Below the pieces are notes generated by a model. The model searched no databases and was not told the DNA's origin. It saw only the letters and a program-made list of their open reading frames with translations. A stretch of 63,862 nucleotides of DNA, filler included, from Platydemus manokwari (taxonomy: Eukaryota): assembly GCA_037951405.1 (NCBI GenBank). It is 5 parts of 5 records of this genome, joined end to end, with 100 filler letters (N's around TTAATTAATTAA, not from the genome) between each part and the next. Parts side by side here need not be neighbours in the genome. Positions count along the whole stretch, not along the records: positions 10,323 to 20,699 come from JBBMOY011138328.1; positions 20,800 to 30,872 come from JBBMOY011172211.1; 3 more parts are not named here. One strand, written 5' to 3'. Positions within the stretch are counted from its first letter, which is position 1. Each line of letters begins with the position of its first letter. Below are positions 12,419-26,429 of this stretch, piece by piece. Made by a program: the position numbers and the translations under genes.

Positions 12419-13679
12419 AATATATCGTATTGGGTCTTTTCAATTTAGTCTCAATAACTGCTTTATAAAATAGTAGCGGCTCACACTACTCGAATGAAAA
12501 TTAAAATAAGCTAGTTAGCAAAAATAATTTATTACAATTAAATCCAATAATTTTTTCACATATTCTAATAAAATTGTTATCAAAATCGATAAGTTGATAG
12601 ATTTAATTTAAAATTTTTAAATCTGGTTTTGATGTTAATTTCCAATTAAGCTGTTTTGTAATTTTTTGAAACAATTAGAAATCCAATGCCATCATGTCGG
12701 ATTCAATTTTCTTTGCTTCCTTTGTGTTTTTCTCAATTTTTAATCAAAAAATAGCGATATTTAATTAAAAAATCATAAATAAAATTTATCGAGTACAATT
12801 ATTTATAATATTCTATTTTTTATTTTTATTATTTGTTTTAATTTTCACCTTATTATTAAATATTTAAAATTTTAATAATTATTTAAAATCAATAAGTGAT
12901 TCGTAATAAATTAAATAAATTAAAAAATATTAATAAAAAATAAAAATTTTAAATCTGTGGACATTTTGTCGCATTGCTATGAGCTGTAAATCAGAGAATC
13001 GTTTAGTTATTTGCGATACGCAATATTTTATTTCTAATGTTGATCGAGACGAAATTTCAGTCAAAATCTTCTCTTTTCTCATAGACGGAATGCATTTAAC
13101 AATCTAAAGCTCGAACACACAGACTTTATATAACGTTATGGATAAAGCATTAACCAGATAACAAAAATCTTGTTTTCAAAGCATTTATAATTTAATATTA
13201 TTAATGAAACCATGGTGACGCCTTAGGTTTAGAATCGACTTAACCAGAATGTAATTTTATTTCTAATTTTTCATATTAATTGTTGAAGAAAATTTTCAAC
13301 GAAAAAAAACGATGGAGAAATTATTCCATTACCATTTGAATACTTTTTCCGAAGTTGGCGGTGATTTGATTAATCTCAGGAATTTTATTGATTAATATTG
13401 GCATCTATAGCTATTTAATTTTAACTGGAGAATTTATTTCTCTAACATTTTTTGTTGGAATTCTGGGTTATATTTCATACCATTGTCTCGGTTCGAGTGG
13501 AAATAATATTCAAACACGTTGTTTTAACTTATTTGGTTGTAAAATTTACGATTTGACCATTTGTCACGTGATTCATTAATGAAGTATTAAAAATTGATAT
13601 TTTACTTCAGTTAAGAAAAAGGGCCTTTCGTTATAAAGGATTTTCGCACAACAGATAATTTTATAATTTAATTTTATAT

Positions 13680-14200
13680 ATAACTGCTATGTTTGATTTA
13701 TTCGTACAATTAAATTAATATCTCACTATTAGGATGTCTGATATAAAAAACTTCGTTTTTAAACCAAGTTCTATAAAAACACTTTTAAAACACCTCTATA
13801 TGATTATTTGAGTTTTTAAACTTAAATTTTTATAATTATAAATCGAGTTTGTTGATTACAAATATGTTTAATAATATCATTGGTTATTTTTATAAAATAA
13901 TTGTAAAAATTTAAAGTATCTCACAATTTTTGTTTATGTTAAAGGGAGGTCCTTGTTTATTTTCAATAAATTGCAATTCGACCTGCTTTGAACCCTTTTT
14001 GAAATAACCAAATTTTAGGAGATTTTTAAGCTCTATTGTATTTAATATTTGATTTCAAATAACTAAAATTCTTCTTAAATACTTAAATAAAAAATTCAAA
14101 ATGTTTTTAAAGAATATAATTAAATAAACTATATATAATTTTCCAATACACTCAACACATTTAAAATTTCATTTTAGGACCCTTTTTTTAACTTAAGCCA
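13680..14200 (+). repeat. Dispersed ~500-bp repeat, copy 2
   Basis: Colinear with 1-515 in the same orientation. Confidence 0.85.
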
Positions 14201-15964
14201 AATGTTGTAAATAGGTCGATTCATTACAATGATATGTATGAAATTAAATCTGTTATTTCAAAGAAAAAATGAGTTAGTAAATGAATGAGAAAGTGATATA
14301 AAAAATCGATAAATTGTTCATAGTTTATGACAGAAGGAAAATATACCAGCGAATCTATCATATTTACATCGATAAGCGAATATTTGGATTGAAAAATAAA
14401 TAAGACGAAGGATTAAAGTTGAATTTTTATCTGAGATGGCCGATATTCCGAGTTTTATCCTCTTCACACATTGATACTATGAAACCTATCATGGAATTGT
14501 ATTGATTTTCTTCCATTTATATTGAAATTTATTGATCAAAACTACTTGTAATAAAAATCTTTACATTTTTAATAATCATGTAAAATTGTAAGAATAAATA
14601 GCGTTATAATTATCGAAATTATCATTTTAAGGCTCTTATTTAAAATAAAGCTGAAGACATGTATCTAATTAATTTTAATAAACACCGAAGAGTAAAATTA
14701 TATTCGAAATTGATATTTTTCTCTTATTTTATTTTTGTTATTCTCTTTATTGTTGTCAGTTGATTCAATCAACTATCTTTCTTTACATTCACTTATATGG
14801 TGTAATTGCTTCCGACACTGGAGCTTCCATTTGAAGTAATCAATATAGAATTCGGTGAATTTGCAATTGCGAGATAATTATTATTACCGATCACTGATTT
14901 AGCAATAGTTTTTCAATATATTAAAAATATGTATATTTTAAATGAAAAAATACCAAAATTCACATATTTTTTAATGCTAAAAATTACAAAAAATCATTAA
15001 AATAGAAACAAATACTAGAATTATATTTAATCCATACATCTCAAGAAAAATGCAAGAAAATCAATGAAATTTCATGATTGATTTCCGACTATTTAGGCAG
15101 TTCAGATGTGCTTTGTAGAATTTATAAAACCGAGATATTGAAAATCAGAAATAAAAATTTGAAATTAAATTTCTTGCTCGGAAATTTTATTGTTTTTACA
15201 GAATATGTTCATAGTGTGATGTCCTTTTAATAATAAACACTGTGAAAATCATATTTTTCCATAAAATTATATTAACTACTTAAATATAAAAAAATTTTAA
15301 AAATAATTTAAAAATATAATATTATATATAAAATAAATATATTTTGCTAAAATATATCATAAAATAATAGGGAAGCAAAATGAAATAATCAACAAATATT
15401 TCAAATTGTTTTACAAGAAATTTTCCTTTCCTATTTCAGAGATAAAAAAATAATAATGACATTTCATAGAGCTTTAAAAAAATTCAAAAAAATGTTTCAT
15501 TTAAAGCGTTGCTTGAGGCTATTATTTTCCTTTGACCTGGTTGGAAATTTTGTAAATAATTTATCGTGTTCCGGAATTATGCCAATCGATTGAAATGTTA
15601 TGACGCGAAATTCATTGAAATTATTATAAACATTCCCGTGCTATTTCTCCCAGAACTAATTAATTAATCCCATTTTTTCATTTAATTAAAATCTCGATAA
15701 ATGACAGAAAAAAAAACTTCAATTAAAAAATGAAAAACCACATTTCAATAATAATAAAAACCGTGTTCAATAATAATGTAATGGCGACATTGTATTTCTT
15801 TTCATATTTCTATCTTTAATCTTTAATATTAGGTCAGTTATGTGACGTCGTCAGTAATTCGGTGAAGTCAAATTTTAGAAATGCTATGCGAATCAATGAA
15901 AACAATTATTTCCACAGGAAAGAAATAAAAATTATTAAATAACTATATCAATCACGGTAATTAC

Positions 15965-16062
15965 CTTGTATAACTAAAGCAATAAGTTTTGATAGAACTT
16001 CTTCACTGACAATCAGACATTCCGTATAAAGATCTCTCCGCAATTGCAAATATAATTGATAA
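15965..16062 (-). CDS. FERM-domain gene, exon 5
   Basis: Acceptor cttccAG, phase compatible with exon 4. Encodes (R)YQLYLQLRRDLYTECLIVSEEVLSKLIALVIQ, compare FRMD3/5 'LQIKRDLYHGRL'. Donor GTAATT. Confidence 0.88.
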
Positions 16063-17149
16063 CTGGAAGACATTATTAAGAGGAAATTAAATTTTATCTC
16101 ATAACAGGAATCGATTTGATAAATATATTGATATCGGAATTTCATTGGACAAATATAAATAAAAATAATAAATATCATGTTAAAGGTGTAACGAATTATC
16201 GTTATGAGCCAGCCATTTTAATATTTATTCCGAATTTTTGAGAGTAAAATATAAACAAAGCTCAACCTATAATCAATTCAATAAATCTGCTACTTAAATT
16301 TTGGAATCAGTCCTCACAGCTTGTAGTACAATTTCCAATTTTGTCCTATTTGTTTTATTGATTGAGCATTAATACAACTCTCAACTCCTGGTTCCATTTC
16401 AAGACAAAACCCATTGCCGCATAAAATCCGTCTCGTTATTTAATTGTGAAATCTTTTGTCGATTGGTTTTACCTGTCAATTTGTTTTGCGAGAAAACGTC
16501 AGAATGTTTCAACCAATCAGTTAAACGCTGTCATTCATGATAAATGATTCCATCAAACTTGCTCAGTTTCAATTTGAATTTCATACATTCTAGCTGAGAT
16601 TATATGTTATACAGGTGATCGATAGGAAAATACCAAAACAATATTGCTTACTACAAATCAGCAAATCATAAAGTAACACCAGTAAGAAAATCATTATTCT
16701 GTAAATATTCAAGAAAATATTTGGAGAATCTCATTAATTCACTGATCACATTATGAAGGCACGATCAAAAAATTTCAGAAAACATAATTAAATAAAATTA
16801 TCATATATATCTTTTGAATCAAAGCTCAGATCCTACTGTTTAATTCAAATCGATCAAACGACAACGAAATCTACGATGATGATGACAACGAATAACTAAC
16901 ACGAGGAAAAAAGCAAAGAGAAGACGTAAAGCAAAGCATCGATGCAAGTAGAAGCTGGGTGCTAGTGTAGTGAAGAGCTCTTACTGGCAAAAATAATCTT
17001 TTAAAATAAATTTTGCTTTTTATTTTCAATTGATGCTGTGTGGGCTTCATTTTATTTATTCTTGTAAATATACGAGATAGATATGAGATCTGAATCTGCA
17101 TGAAAATAATGCGATTTGGTGAATAAATCAATAGGGAAATAATTTATCA

Positions 17150-17820
17150 GGGGAAAAATCATCGATAATCAATACAGAACATACCCAGTTGTTATATATA
17201 TAACCAGATCATGATTAGCAGGTCAAATCCAGCGCTAGGTTTTCCTATTCAATCAATTCTTTCACAGACAATTCAATAATTGTAGCAGTTGTCCAAAACT
17301 CGAAATCAAAGAACGTCAACCTATTCCTCAATATCAAACCCTTTACAAACACCCAATTCATCACAGGAACCGCTACCAATCATCTAATTCTTGAACTTAT
17401 ATGTGAATATCACTTGAAAATATGTTGGAAAATACTGGAATTCTGTTGAAGTACCACCGTTACCTCTAACGATATACATCTCGTTAAAAATGGTAGGCTT
17501 TATCAGGAATAACGATGTGCTTTCGAGCTCTAGTTTTGTTGTCCATTTCAATGACCCTGAGACTAACAGCCACAAAAAAAAGAAAAAGAATAAAGGAGGT
17601 TATTGTGGAGTCCTTGTTTTGTTCTTTTGTCGCACTGGATGCATGTTGAGCATGAGGAGCTCGAGGTCCCCTTAGCCACCCTCACAGAATTCCTGGGTTC
17701 CGCAGAACCAATGTTGAAAATCAAAGATCCAAACAATAAAGATCGTCTTCTACACTTGTAAACGGGAAAAACAAAGGTCATTCTCAACGAGAAGAGTTGT
17801 TTTTAAATTTCGCGCCTAAA
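17150..17820 (+). mobile_element. DIRS-like retroelement RT/RNase H relic, inside FERM intron 4
   Basis: Higher-GC segment with 'GFIRN', 'MTLRLTATK..RIK' and 'MHVEHEELEVPLATLTEFL...PNN...G.TK'. These recall the DIRS motifs GFIIN, MTLSLP and HINxLEL...DN..G.T. Confidence 0.45.
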
Positions 17821-18375
17821 TCTGAATATCCAAACCAAACACCATCTATGTCGGCTCGAAATTATAACTCACAGATGAGGATCATTTGAGCAGCTAATAA
17901 TCGATTTAAACGCGACCCAACCTAATCTTACATTGATTATCATCTTTTCTTTGCTTCCACGTTTTCTATCCACAAAGAAAAGCATCTCAAGTCGAGAATC
18001 ATCACTATGGCTGATGGTGGGTTTCATAGAGGTTCGAAACCCCCTTGAAAAATTATATTCCCCACTTCAATTGATTTAAACAAAATAATTATTAGCAAAA
18101 CAATTCATGGTTGTCAGACAAAACATTTCAAAAACATTTCACAATTTAGCACATAAAACGTCCTTGGAGCTTTGATATCGATTGTTGAAGGAGTTTTATT
18201 CGATGAAAATTTTGTGAATTGTTTTAATGAATCAAAAATCATTTCAAAAATAATTCATTTATAGAAACAGCTGACAATAATATTTATAAGCGAAAATAAT
18301 GAATTGCAAAAACCAATCGATTAATCAATATCGAATCAATATGAAATCATTAATCATTTTCAAAATTCTACTCAC

Positions 18376-18457
18376 CGAGACAAGTCCTGAACAAAATCCA
18401 CTAGCGGATCTCCAGGATAATATTTCAATGAGTAAAATAGAACATTTGTTTTGGCTT
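18376..18457 (-). CDS. FERM-domain gene, exon 4
   Basis: Acceptor tttatAG. Encodes (K)AKTNVLFYSLKYYPGDPLVDFVQDLS(R), matching the KFYPxDP...TR motif. Phase-2 donor GTGAGT. Confidence 0.9.
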
Positions 18458-18516
18458 CTATAAAAACGATTATCGAATAAAATTTTCATGAGCTTTCATT
18501 ATATATTTTATCATAC

Positions 18517-18559
18517 TTTTCAATTGTCTAACCACGAGCTTATCGAGCTTTAGCCAGTG
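18517..18559 (-). CDS. FERM-domain gene, exon 3
   Basis: Acceptor ttaatAG. Encodes HWLKLDKLVVRQLK (the HWL..K...Q motif). Phase-1 donor GTATGA opens a 59-nt intron. Confidence 0.9.
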
Positions 18560-18605
18560 CTATTAAATAGAAGTTCAATATTTATAAATAAAATACAACA
18601 ATCAC

Positions 18606-18713
18606 TTTCTGATCGTGTTTATCAATAAATCTCAAACCGAAATAGTCTTTTTCCAGCAATCTACCGATGTTTGTGTCAACCTCGTCTAATAATGAAGAGC
18701 CCAGCAAATTATT
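18606..18713 (-). CDS. FERM-domain gene, exon 2
   Basis: Acceptor gtgtAG. Encodes NNLLGSSLLDEVDTNIGRLLEKDYFGLRFIDKHDQK (FERM-N motif LLEKDYFGLRF). Donor GTGATT opens a 46-nt intron. Confidence 0.9.
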
Positions 18714-18765
18714 CTACACCAAAAACACGAACATCAGAACATTTGATCGTTACAAGGAGACTAAC

Positions 18766-18891
18766 TTTTAAATTAATCACCAATGACGGTTGATTTTCAT
18801 CCAAAAAATGAACGGTGCATGATTTGAAATTAATTTCTGGATCAATGCGTTTGACTTTTTTCTTCAAAGAAAATGTCTTAATGGATGGCAT
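18766..18891 (-). CDS. FERM-domain (band 4.1 family, FRMD3/5-like) gene, exon 1
   Basis: ATG at 18891. Encodes MPSIK...SCTVHFLDENQPSLVINLK. Donor GTTAGT at 18765 opens a 52-nt intron. Confidence 0.85.
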
Positions 18892-21559
18892 GAAAAAAAT
18901 TTGTGGAAATTAATTCTACTAAAGAGAAATTACAAAAGGAAAATTGACGTCATAGAAAAGCAAAATGAATAAATCAAAACATTAAATATAATTTAACTAA
19001 AATTTATAAACACACTAATCTACAGTGATTTGTATGATCAACTTAAACAAATTGTGATTTTCAATTCATTGTCATTATAATTCATTTTCTTGGAATTCAT
19101 TTTAGGTTTACAAGTCATTGTGTAGTATCTAAAATTTAACTAATAATAAAAACATTTGAAAAATATACTCATAAACATCTAATAGTAATTATAGCTATAT
19201 ATAACCCATAAATTCTAATAAAAATGCACATGAAGATCAAAGAAATTTTAATGTGTTTAGAGTTTAGGTTCGTAACAATAGACTTTTTTTAATAAGTGTG
19301 ATTAATTTTTTTAACAAAAATATTTAAAGTAACTTAATGGATCTGAGATAATCAAAGTTAAAAAATTACTTCATTTTTGAATCTTTCGAATGAAAAAATG
19401 TGCAAATTAAAGAACATAGTTCTTTTCAATCATTACTCAATATTTGTTTGCAAACTTATTATTTCTTGATGATGATGAAAAGTAAATAAGTTTAAAGTAT
19501 TTATATATAAAAATGATACTAATTGAGTGAATGAAAATTTTGAAATATTATTCAGAAAATTGAAATTGTTTTTTTAAAAATTATTTGATTACTAATATAC
19601 AGTTAATCAAAATTAAAATGATCTATATATATTCGTAATGAACTTTGTTCAGTTACTGAATACTTAAATAGAAAAAAACTGTTACTTATTTTAGTTGATA
19701 GACATAAAAGTCATCTTTTTCGAACTCAATTTGACTCATATTTACTCGGAATTATCTAACAAAATTTTTTTACAATTCAAATAAACCCAAAAACAATTAA
19801 TTCAAATTGTTATCTAGATTTGATAGAATATGGATCAGAATAATTTAATATTAACAATTTTTGTGATTTTATACGTTAATTATGGTTATTTTTAAATTGA
19901 CACCAGACTCCAAAAGAGTATGTAGATTGTGAAAGAGTTATATAAAAAGTTGAGCTATAAATTAATAATATAATAAATAATTTAATACCAATTAAATGTA
20001 ATCCATATTACAACAATGAGTATAGCAAATTCTGATTGCACAATAAGATTAAAATATGATAATCGAGATTAAAATCGTATTACAATAATTAGACAAAATA
20101 TACAATTATTTTGTTGTTTGGTAAACAATGAATGATTATTTGTTATCATTATTGTTTCGGTTATATTTAGGTAGAACGATTTAATTTAAGGTTTTCTCTT
20201 ATGGCGATACCGGTAAGATTCCTTGGTTTCCAAGTTAGCTTATCGATTATCACTATAACGACACTGTAACCGCTAAACTCCAATCAAATAAATGCAAAAT
20301 AATTGTACAAATAAATATCTTTAGTTTCCTGTTTTGTTGTGGCATGTTTTGCGGTAAAATGTGTCGACTGATTATATATATATATATACTACTCCTTTTC
20401 TAAAGTGGTGTTGGCGGTATCTCCTGATTTCTCGTTATTAAGTTAATCGTTTCTTCATCTTTGCATTTATAATAGGCTTAGTATTTTTCCTTATTAATTA
20501 TAAATTATTATAACCATTATTAATTATTTTATACTTTATGTCTTCCTTCATTATCAATAATCAATAGATTTACTTGTATTATTTTTAATTTTTTATTATT
20601 TATTATGTTATTATTTTACTTCATCATTGTGAGGCTTTAAACTTAAATTAAATAATTTTAAAATTAAAATTAAAAAATTAAAAATTAAAATTGAATTATN
20701 NNNNNNNNNNNNNNNNNNNNNNNNNNNNNNNNNNNNNNNNNNNTTAATTAATTAANNNNNNNNNNNNNNNNNNNNNNNNNNNNNNNNNNNNNNNNNNNNA
20801 GATGGGCCAATGTCATATCTGCAAATGGAAAATATTTTGATTGAATTTCATTAAATAAATATTTTAAAAAATGTTTGTGTTTTTTTTAAAAAAAAAGCCG
20901 GAATCATACTAATACACCTAATATTTATAAAATCTTTGAATTCCCACTATAAATTATTGATTCGGATTTTATAGTGATTTCCTTTAATAAAATCAATAAG
21001 ATCTGTTAGTGTTAGTTGTCAACATTTCTTCATTTTTAATATTCAAATCAAAAGTCGTGTTTACAGCGGAACAAAGAAATCTATTTATCAATACATCCAT
21101 TTTCAAAGAAATTTTAAAAATATTTAAATTTTATTTCCATCGAATTAGGCTTCCTTTATAATTTAAATAAAAATGCCTCCATTTACATCTTTATTTTTTA
21201 TTTAAAAGATTAAAATTTTAGTATTTTTCATAATTTTAAAATTGCGAGATTAACAGTAATCTTTTTTTAAGCAAGACCATTTTATAAATATCGATATCGT
21301 ATACTTATTTTTAATATAATTTTTTAAAATATTTTTGACCTCAAATTTTTATAATTTTAATCCAATGTAAATTCTAATTATTGATCGTATTTTAAAAAAA
21401 ACCTCGCACTGAGATTTGCAAAAATCTTATTAATAATGAACGTGTCGATGAATGCCAATAGTACCGATGTCGAACATTGTTTAGAACAAACCGAATAATT
21501 TTGAGGTACCGCTTACGTTTCGTTGAATGAATTAATTCGAAGTATTTTAGCAGTAGAAC

Positions 21560-21900
21560 TACTAAATATTTAATCAATGTTGTGACAATGTGATAAAAAA
21601 AACTCGAATTCTTAGTGAATACATCACTGGTATCAAAGAATAACTACTAAATGTTGATAAAAACCTGATATTTGTAGAATAACAAATACTTGGAAGAATT
21701 GAACTACATCGTCTTATCTGAATACTAAACCTTTTCATAAGAATAAAATTAAATCGTGACTTCAGTCAATACATTAAAAGAAAAAAGTGTTGGAGTGATT
21801 TATAAAATACCATTGACGCAACTGTTTCTTGGGCTACTTAAATGTTCTGTGTTGCACTACTGTAATTCTCATACATAACATAAGGGCTTTTAAAAACGCA
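21560..21900 (+). mobile_element. Penelope-like element GIY-YIG endonuclease relic
   Basis: 21792-21840 reads GVIYKIP/(C)RNCFLGY, matching the PLE motif GV(V/I)YxIPCxxC...YIG. Confidence 0.45.
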
Positions 21901-23022
21901 AATTTCGACGACCACACCTTTACTTGAATATTGAGTATTAATGGTAATTGTGCATTCGAAAAAAATCCATTGTAACATATAAAATAGCTAAATGGTCAAT
22001 ATGTTTGCAATATATTGAATAAATGCACAGCGTATTCATTGTACTATTTGATATTATTATTGGTAATCCCGCCATCTCAAACAAACGGATCCAGTTAAAT
22101 AATTTATTACAAAATTTTATACCCCTTCTATATTATTGATATAATCAAACCTTCCTATTTACACACCAACGTTTCGATTTATTTTAAAGTTTTTATAAAA
22201 ATTAATACGAATTTTAAACATTTATACTTACTTCTTTGAAAACCAATAAAGTCTGTCAACTTTAATTGTATTGATTATTTTTATCCATGAATATATTCAA
22301 TAAAAATCAATAATTTATTGGTTTTATCTAGGGAATTAATTTGAATATATTAATATTTCAAGGTGATTTGCACTTTAATAGGATTTGAATCTCGTCCTTA
22401 TCATATCATGTACTTATGGAACAGAGTCATGATCATTTTCTATCATTTCTTCGGAATCTTCTTTTTATGCTTCTGTCAGATTAATAAGTGGTTGTTTAGC
22501 AATTTTAATAACAAATCATCACCTTCGATGTCTTATTCTTCCAAGTATGGATTTCCATATCAGTCCTTTGGATGAATGAATGCTTTATCAAATAATGATA
22601 AGATTTTACGTCAATCTACTTTAATTCATTTGTTTTTATGATTTTACTAATCTTGAAAAAATTGTTATCATCCTCGAAGATTTTGTATTCCAGTAGTGGA
22701 AAAGACAAGTAAGTTTTCTATATCAAAATTGTTAAAATAGGTTTTTATCTCTGACGTTTTTTGCTTATCGCCAAATACTGGAATTTCTCTTTCAGCTTAT
22801 TAACATTCAAGATTGTCGGTATTATATTTTGTGAATATCTCCAGAAAAATCCAAATTCATCACGATTATAGATGTTTTTTTAGCCTCTTTTCTGAGATTT
22901 AAATTAAGCCTTTTTGTATAAAAATAATAAATTTATTATTACATCAGTTTTCAAAGAAATTTTACTTTTTAAAACCCAGTTTTAAAATTTGAAACTTAAA
23001 ACTTATCCGATCAGATTTTTCT

Positions 23023-23090
23023 ACATTTTTTAGCAAAAATGCAAAAATTCCCACATTTTTTAGCAAAAATGCAAAAATTCCCACATTTTT
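23023..23090. repeat. 30-bp tandem duplication (~2.3 copies)
   Basis: Unit ACATTTTTTAGCAAAAATGCAAAAATTCCC repeated exactly. Confidence 0.95.
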
Positions 23091-23549
23091 ATATTATATT
23101 TTTTTAACAAAAGCTTCACTTTTATTTTATTATTTTTTATGCTGAGAGTTTAACAGAATTGTTTAGCAAGATCCTTGGCTTTTATAAATATCGATATGGT
23201 CTATTTATTTTGAACGTAATTTTTAAATAATTATGATGTCATGTTATTATTTGTCGCATTTTCTTTCTTTTAAAATCAGCCTCACAATTTCCATCAAGTT
23301 CAATTCATAAAATTCTTCATAAAAGCTTCCAGTCTCTGATCAACTGTTTTCAAATCTCTAACAACTATTCATCGTCTATATAAAAGAAAATTTCACGATA
23401 ATTAACATCGATTAATTTTCAATACAATGCACCAAAATTCAAAGTTTTACACTAAATTAGAAATATCATGCCAGCCATATATGTGCCTATGGTGCATTAA
23501 ATTTGACATTTACGTTTCAAATACTTTTGATTTGTTTATTTAGGTATAT

Positions 23550-24720
23550 CAAATGAGCTGGAAATTACGCCAGTAACTGTCAAGATAAAATGTTCTCTTC
23601 TGGCAGTTGTATTTGATTATTTCTTTTATAGACATCTGCAGTACTTTCATAGTGGTGGTTTTAAAATTTATGATTTTGTTTTAATCAATGGGTAGAAATA
23701 TTTATATTGATAGAATAAGTTAAGTGAAAATCGGATTTATTAAAACAACATGTGGTTTTTGATCACCAATTATGGGTTAATCAGTGAATCTCGGATACAT
23801 TATTATTGACAAATGTTAATAAAATGACCTGAATAAAATGAATTTTGTGTCGATTTTAGCTTCAATTTCAGACCAAGTTTAACATCTTCTCCATTGAGTG
23901 TGACCAACCTGTTTGTAAATTCATAGTTTTAGGATAGATGTTCACGAAGACTATTTTCATCTAGCAGAACTCTTATAAAGATCATTAAGAATTTTGCTTT
24001 AAGATTAATTGCTGTAAAGAGTTCATACAATGAATTGACGAAAATAAATTGTTAGTTAGGTTTATTATGATATAAATTGATTTTTGGAACTTAATGCCAT
24101 GTTTAGAAAATAGGTGGAACATAAATATCAGTGAAACCTCTAGGAGTTGGATAAGAATAACATAATATATTATTCTATTTTTTTAAAACGATTTAGCAAA
24201 AACAAAATCCAAATTCAAGAGTGAGTTGCTTCGTGGGTTCTCAGGTTTTTATGATCCACTAGATCAAGTTTAGCAAAAATTGAGAAAAGATGCTGAATAC
24301 ATTGAGAACATTAAATTTTTATTCGTCCGATGTATTGATAGATTTTATTTGATCCCTTTAAGAAGCCATGAGGAATGACAATGACAGCAGTGTGCCAATG
24401 ATATCAGAATTTTTCAACTTTACAAACTCGAGCAAGTTGAAATTATCCCTCGGACAATGTAATTAAATTTGCATTTTGAAAAAATTTCATTTCATTTTGG
24501 GCATCTTTATCCCGGATAATCAATCAAAGTCAAACTGTTCAATGAATATAAAAACTTCTCTATGAATTAAAAATGAAATCAACAACAATCAGCTATGAAC
24601 TACTGTTTTCTAAACTCTGAAATTAACAATCGATAAAAATATCATCGATTCAAGAGATACGCTCGATGACACCTCTTAAAGAAAACAGTAATTGTATTTA
24701 CTTACCTCAGTTCTAAATTA
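23550..24720 (+). mobile_element. Probable hAT (Charlie/Buster-like) transposase relic
   Basis: Scattered fragments 'SPIMG' (DGAP.M.G), 'SFWASL' and 'LFSKL' (C-terminal dimerisation domain). No intact ORF. Confidence 0.35.
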
Positions 24721-25529
24721 AGCAGGAAAATTTGATTTGACGATTTATAGAAAATAAATCAATAACAAATTTAATAGAAAATTACAAAAAATATTTTTAA
24801 TTTTAAAAAAAGTTACAAAGAAGCTTTTTCAAACCTGTCGTTATAATAAAGAGTTCTTTTATAGAATTTCTGGAATTGAGAGGTTTGAAAATTTTGAAAA
24901 TATTAAATAACTTTTGATTCAAATCTTTTAATCGCTGATGATTTTGCATTCTTGAACGAGTGATGGATTGTCAATATTTTTGCAAACATTTTTTTATAAA
25001 AAAATAATGTTTCTGAGATTTTTTTTTCAAAGAAAGAAAAACAAAATAATAATTCAAGGATTATTAAAAAATGACCTTTATTTTACAAATAATTGTGACT
25101 GCCATTTCAATATCCAACATGCTTTTGGAGTCCTTTGAAAATTATATTGATTAAATTGTGCCTTTACAGTCCAGTGAACTTAATGCGGAACTTATCCGCA
25201 CAATTGGTTGCGGTAAATATTTTATTTAATTTCGAAAAAAATATTTCTAACCCACAAACATTTGAACGAATTCAATGCACATTCCAATCAATATTAGCAA
25301 TGAAAAATAATTACGTAACCACCTATTAAAAGTAAAATATTACAAATGGTTTCAATGGTGTCGATGTGCTTCAGAATAATTTTAATTTTGTTCGATTTAA
25401 AAATTGATAAAAAATTTTTCTAATTGGTTAGTTATTTTTAAAATCTTATGTCGTGTGTTTAAAATCAATCTTTCTAATAATTCTCACACCAATGAAAATT
25501 GAATCAAGTGTTGCACATCAATATTGTAA

Positions 25530-26290
25530 TAGGACACTGTTTTATAAAGTAATCTTTGAATACAAACTGAAAAATCGTCAACACTAAATTATATGTTTAA
25601 ATTATATGTTTTAAAATCCTCACATCTCTAAATCGAATTCTCCAGGTATTTATGTTTATTAAATTTTTTATTTCTTCTATCACATTATATCTTCTCCATG
25701 TCGCCAATATATCTTCTCAATATCATCTCCATAATTTCTCCATATCGATTTCATATCTTTACTCTGTCTAATCTTTATCTTCTTCCTTCCCTTCATTCCA
25801 TTGGCATCCTCAAAATCCATTTCAAATGTGTTGCGAATATATAAGGCGAGAATGCTTTATAAAGCAATCTTTGAACATGAACTGAAAAGTCGTCGACACA
25901 ATGATTTAAACAAATAATTATAAAATGCGATTATAAAATCCTCGCACCTTTACATCAAATTCGCTAGATATTTATCTTCACAAAAATTTCTATTTCTTCT
26001 ATAACATCATATCTTGTATTATATCTTCTTTATATCATCACTATATCTTCTCAATATTCTATCTATATTTTCTATACACCGTTTATATATCTCTACTGTA
26101 CTTTTTATATCTTCCTCCTTCCCTTGTGTACATTCATGCCATTGACATTCTCAAGATCCAATCCAAATGTGTGGTGCCCAATTAAGCCAATACTAATTTA
26201 TAAAGCAATCTTTGAATACGAACTGAAAAATCGTCGACACCAAATAATATATTTAAGAACAATTATTTAAACAAATTATTACAATTATTA
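25530..26290 (-). repeat. ~330-bp repeat family, inverted tandem array (core repeated three times)
   Basis: TTATAAAG(C/T)AATCTTTGAA..(G/A)AACTGAAAA.TCGTC(G/A)ACAC at ~25542, ~25857 and ~26198. Further copies at ~6930, ~12430, ~27200-27550, ~28150, ~54440 and ~57620. Confidence 0.8.
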
Positions 26291-26429
26291 TCAAATATGA
26301 TTATCAACTATGATCGCTTTCACCGATATAGATTCTTAAATATTGAAATTAGTTCTTGGAACCTTTGAAACTGTAATTCTTATATTTATAATAGAATAAC
26401 TCGAGCTTTGTTATCATTTTTGATGAAAT

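Noticed and set aside
15490-15655. Candidate FERM exon 6 (VLGE... / HGNVYNNFNEFRVITFQS)
   Set aside because: The required phase gives a stop within ~10 codons and the similarity is too weak to call, although it could be a frameshifted remnant.
22330-22900. Possible transposase or polymerase relic on the minus strand
   Set aside because: Fragments are too degenerate to assign.
25530-26290. Regularly spaced repeats that might suggest a CRISPR array or tandem hammerheads
   Set aside because: The units are ~330 bp and homologous throughout, with no unique spacers and no cas genes, in a eukaryotic context. CTGAAAA is not followed by stem II and GAAA.
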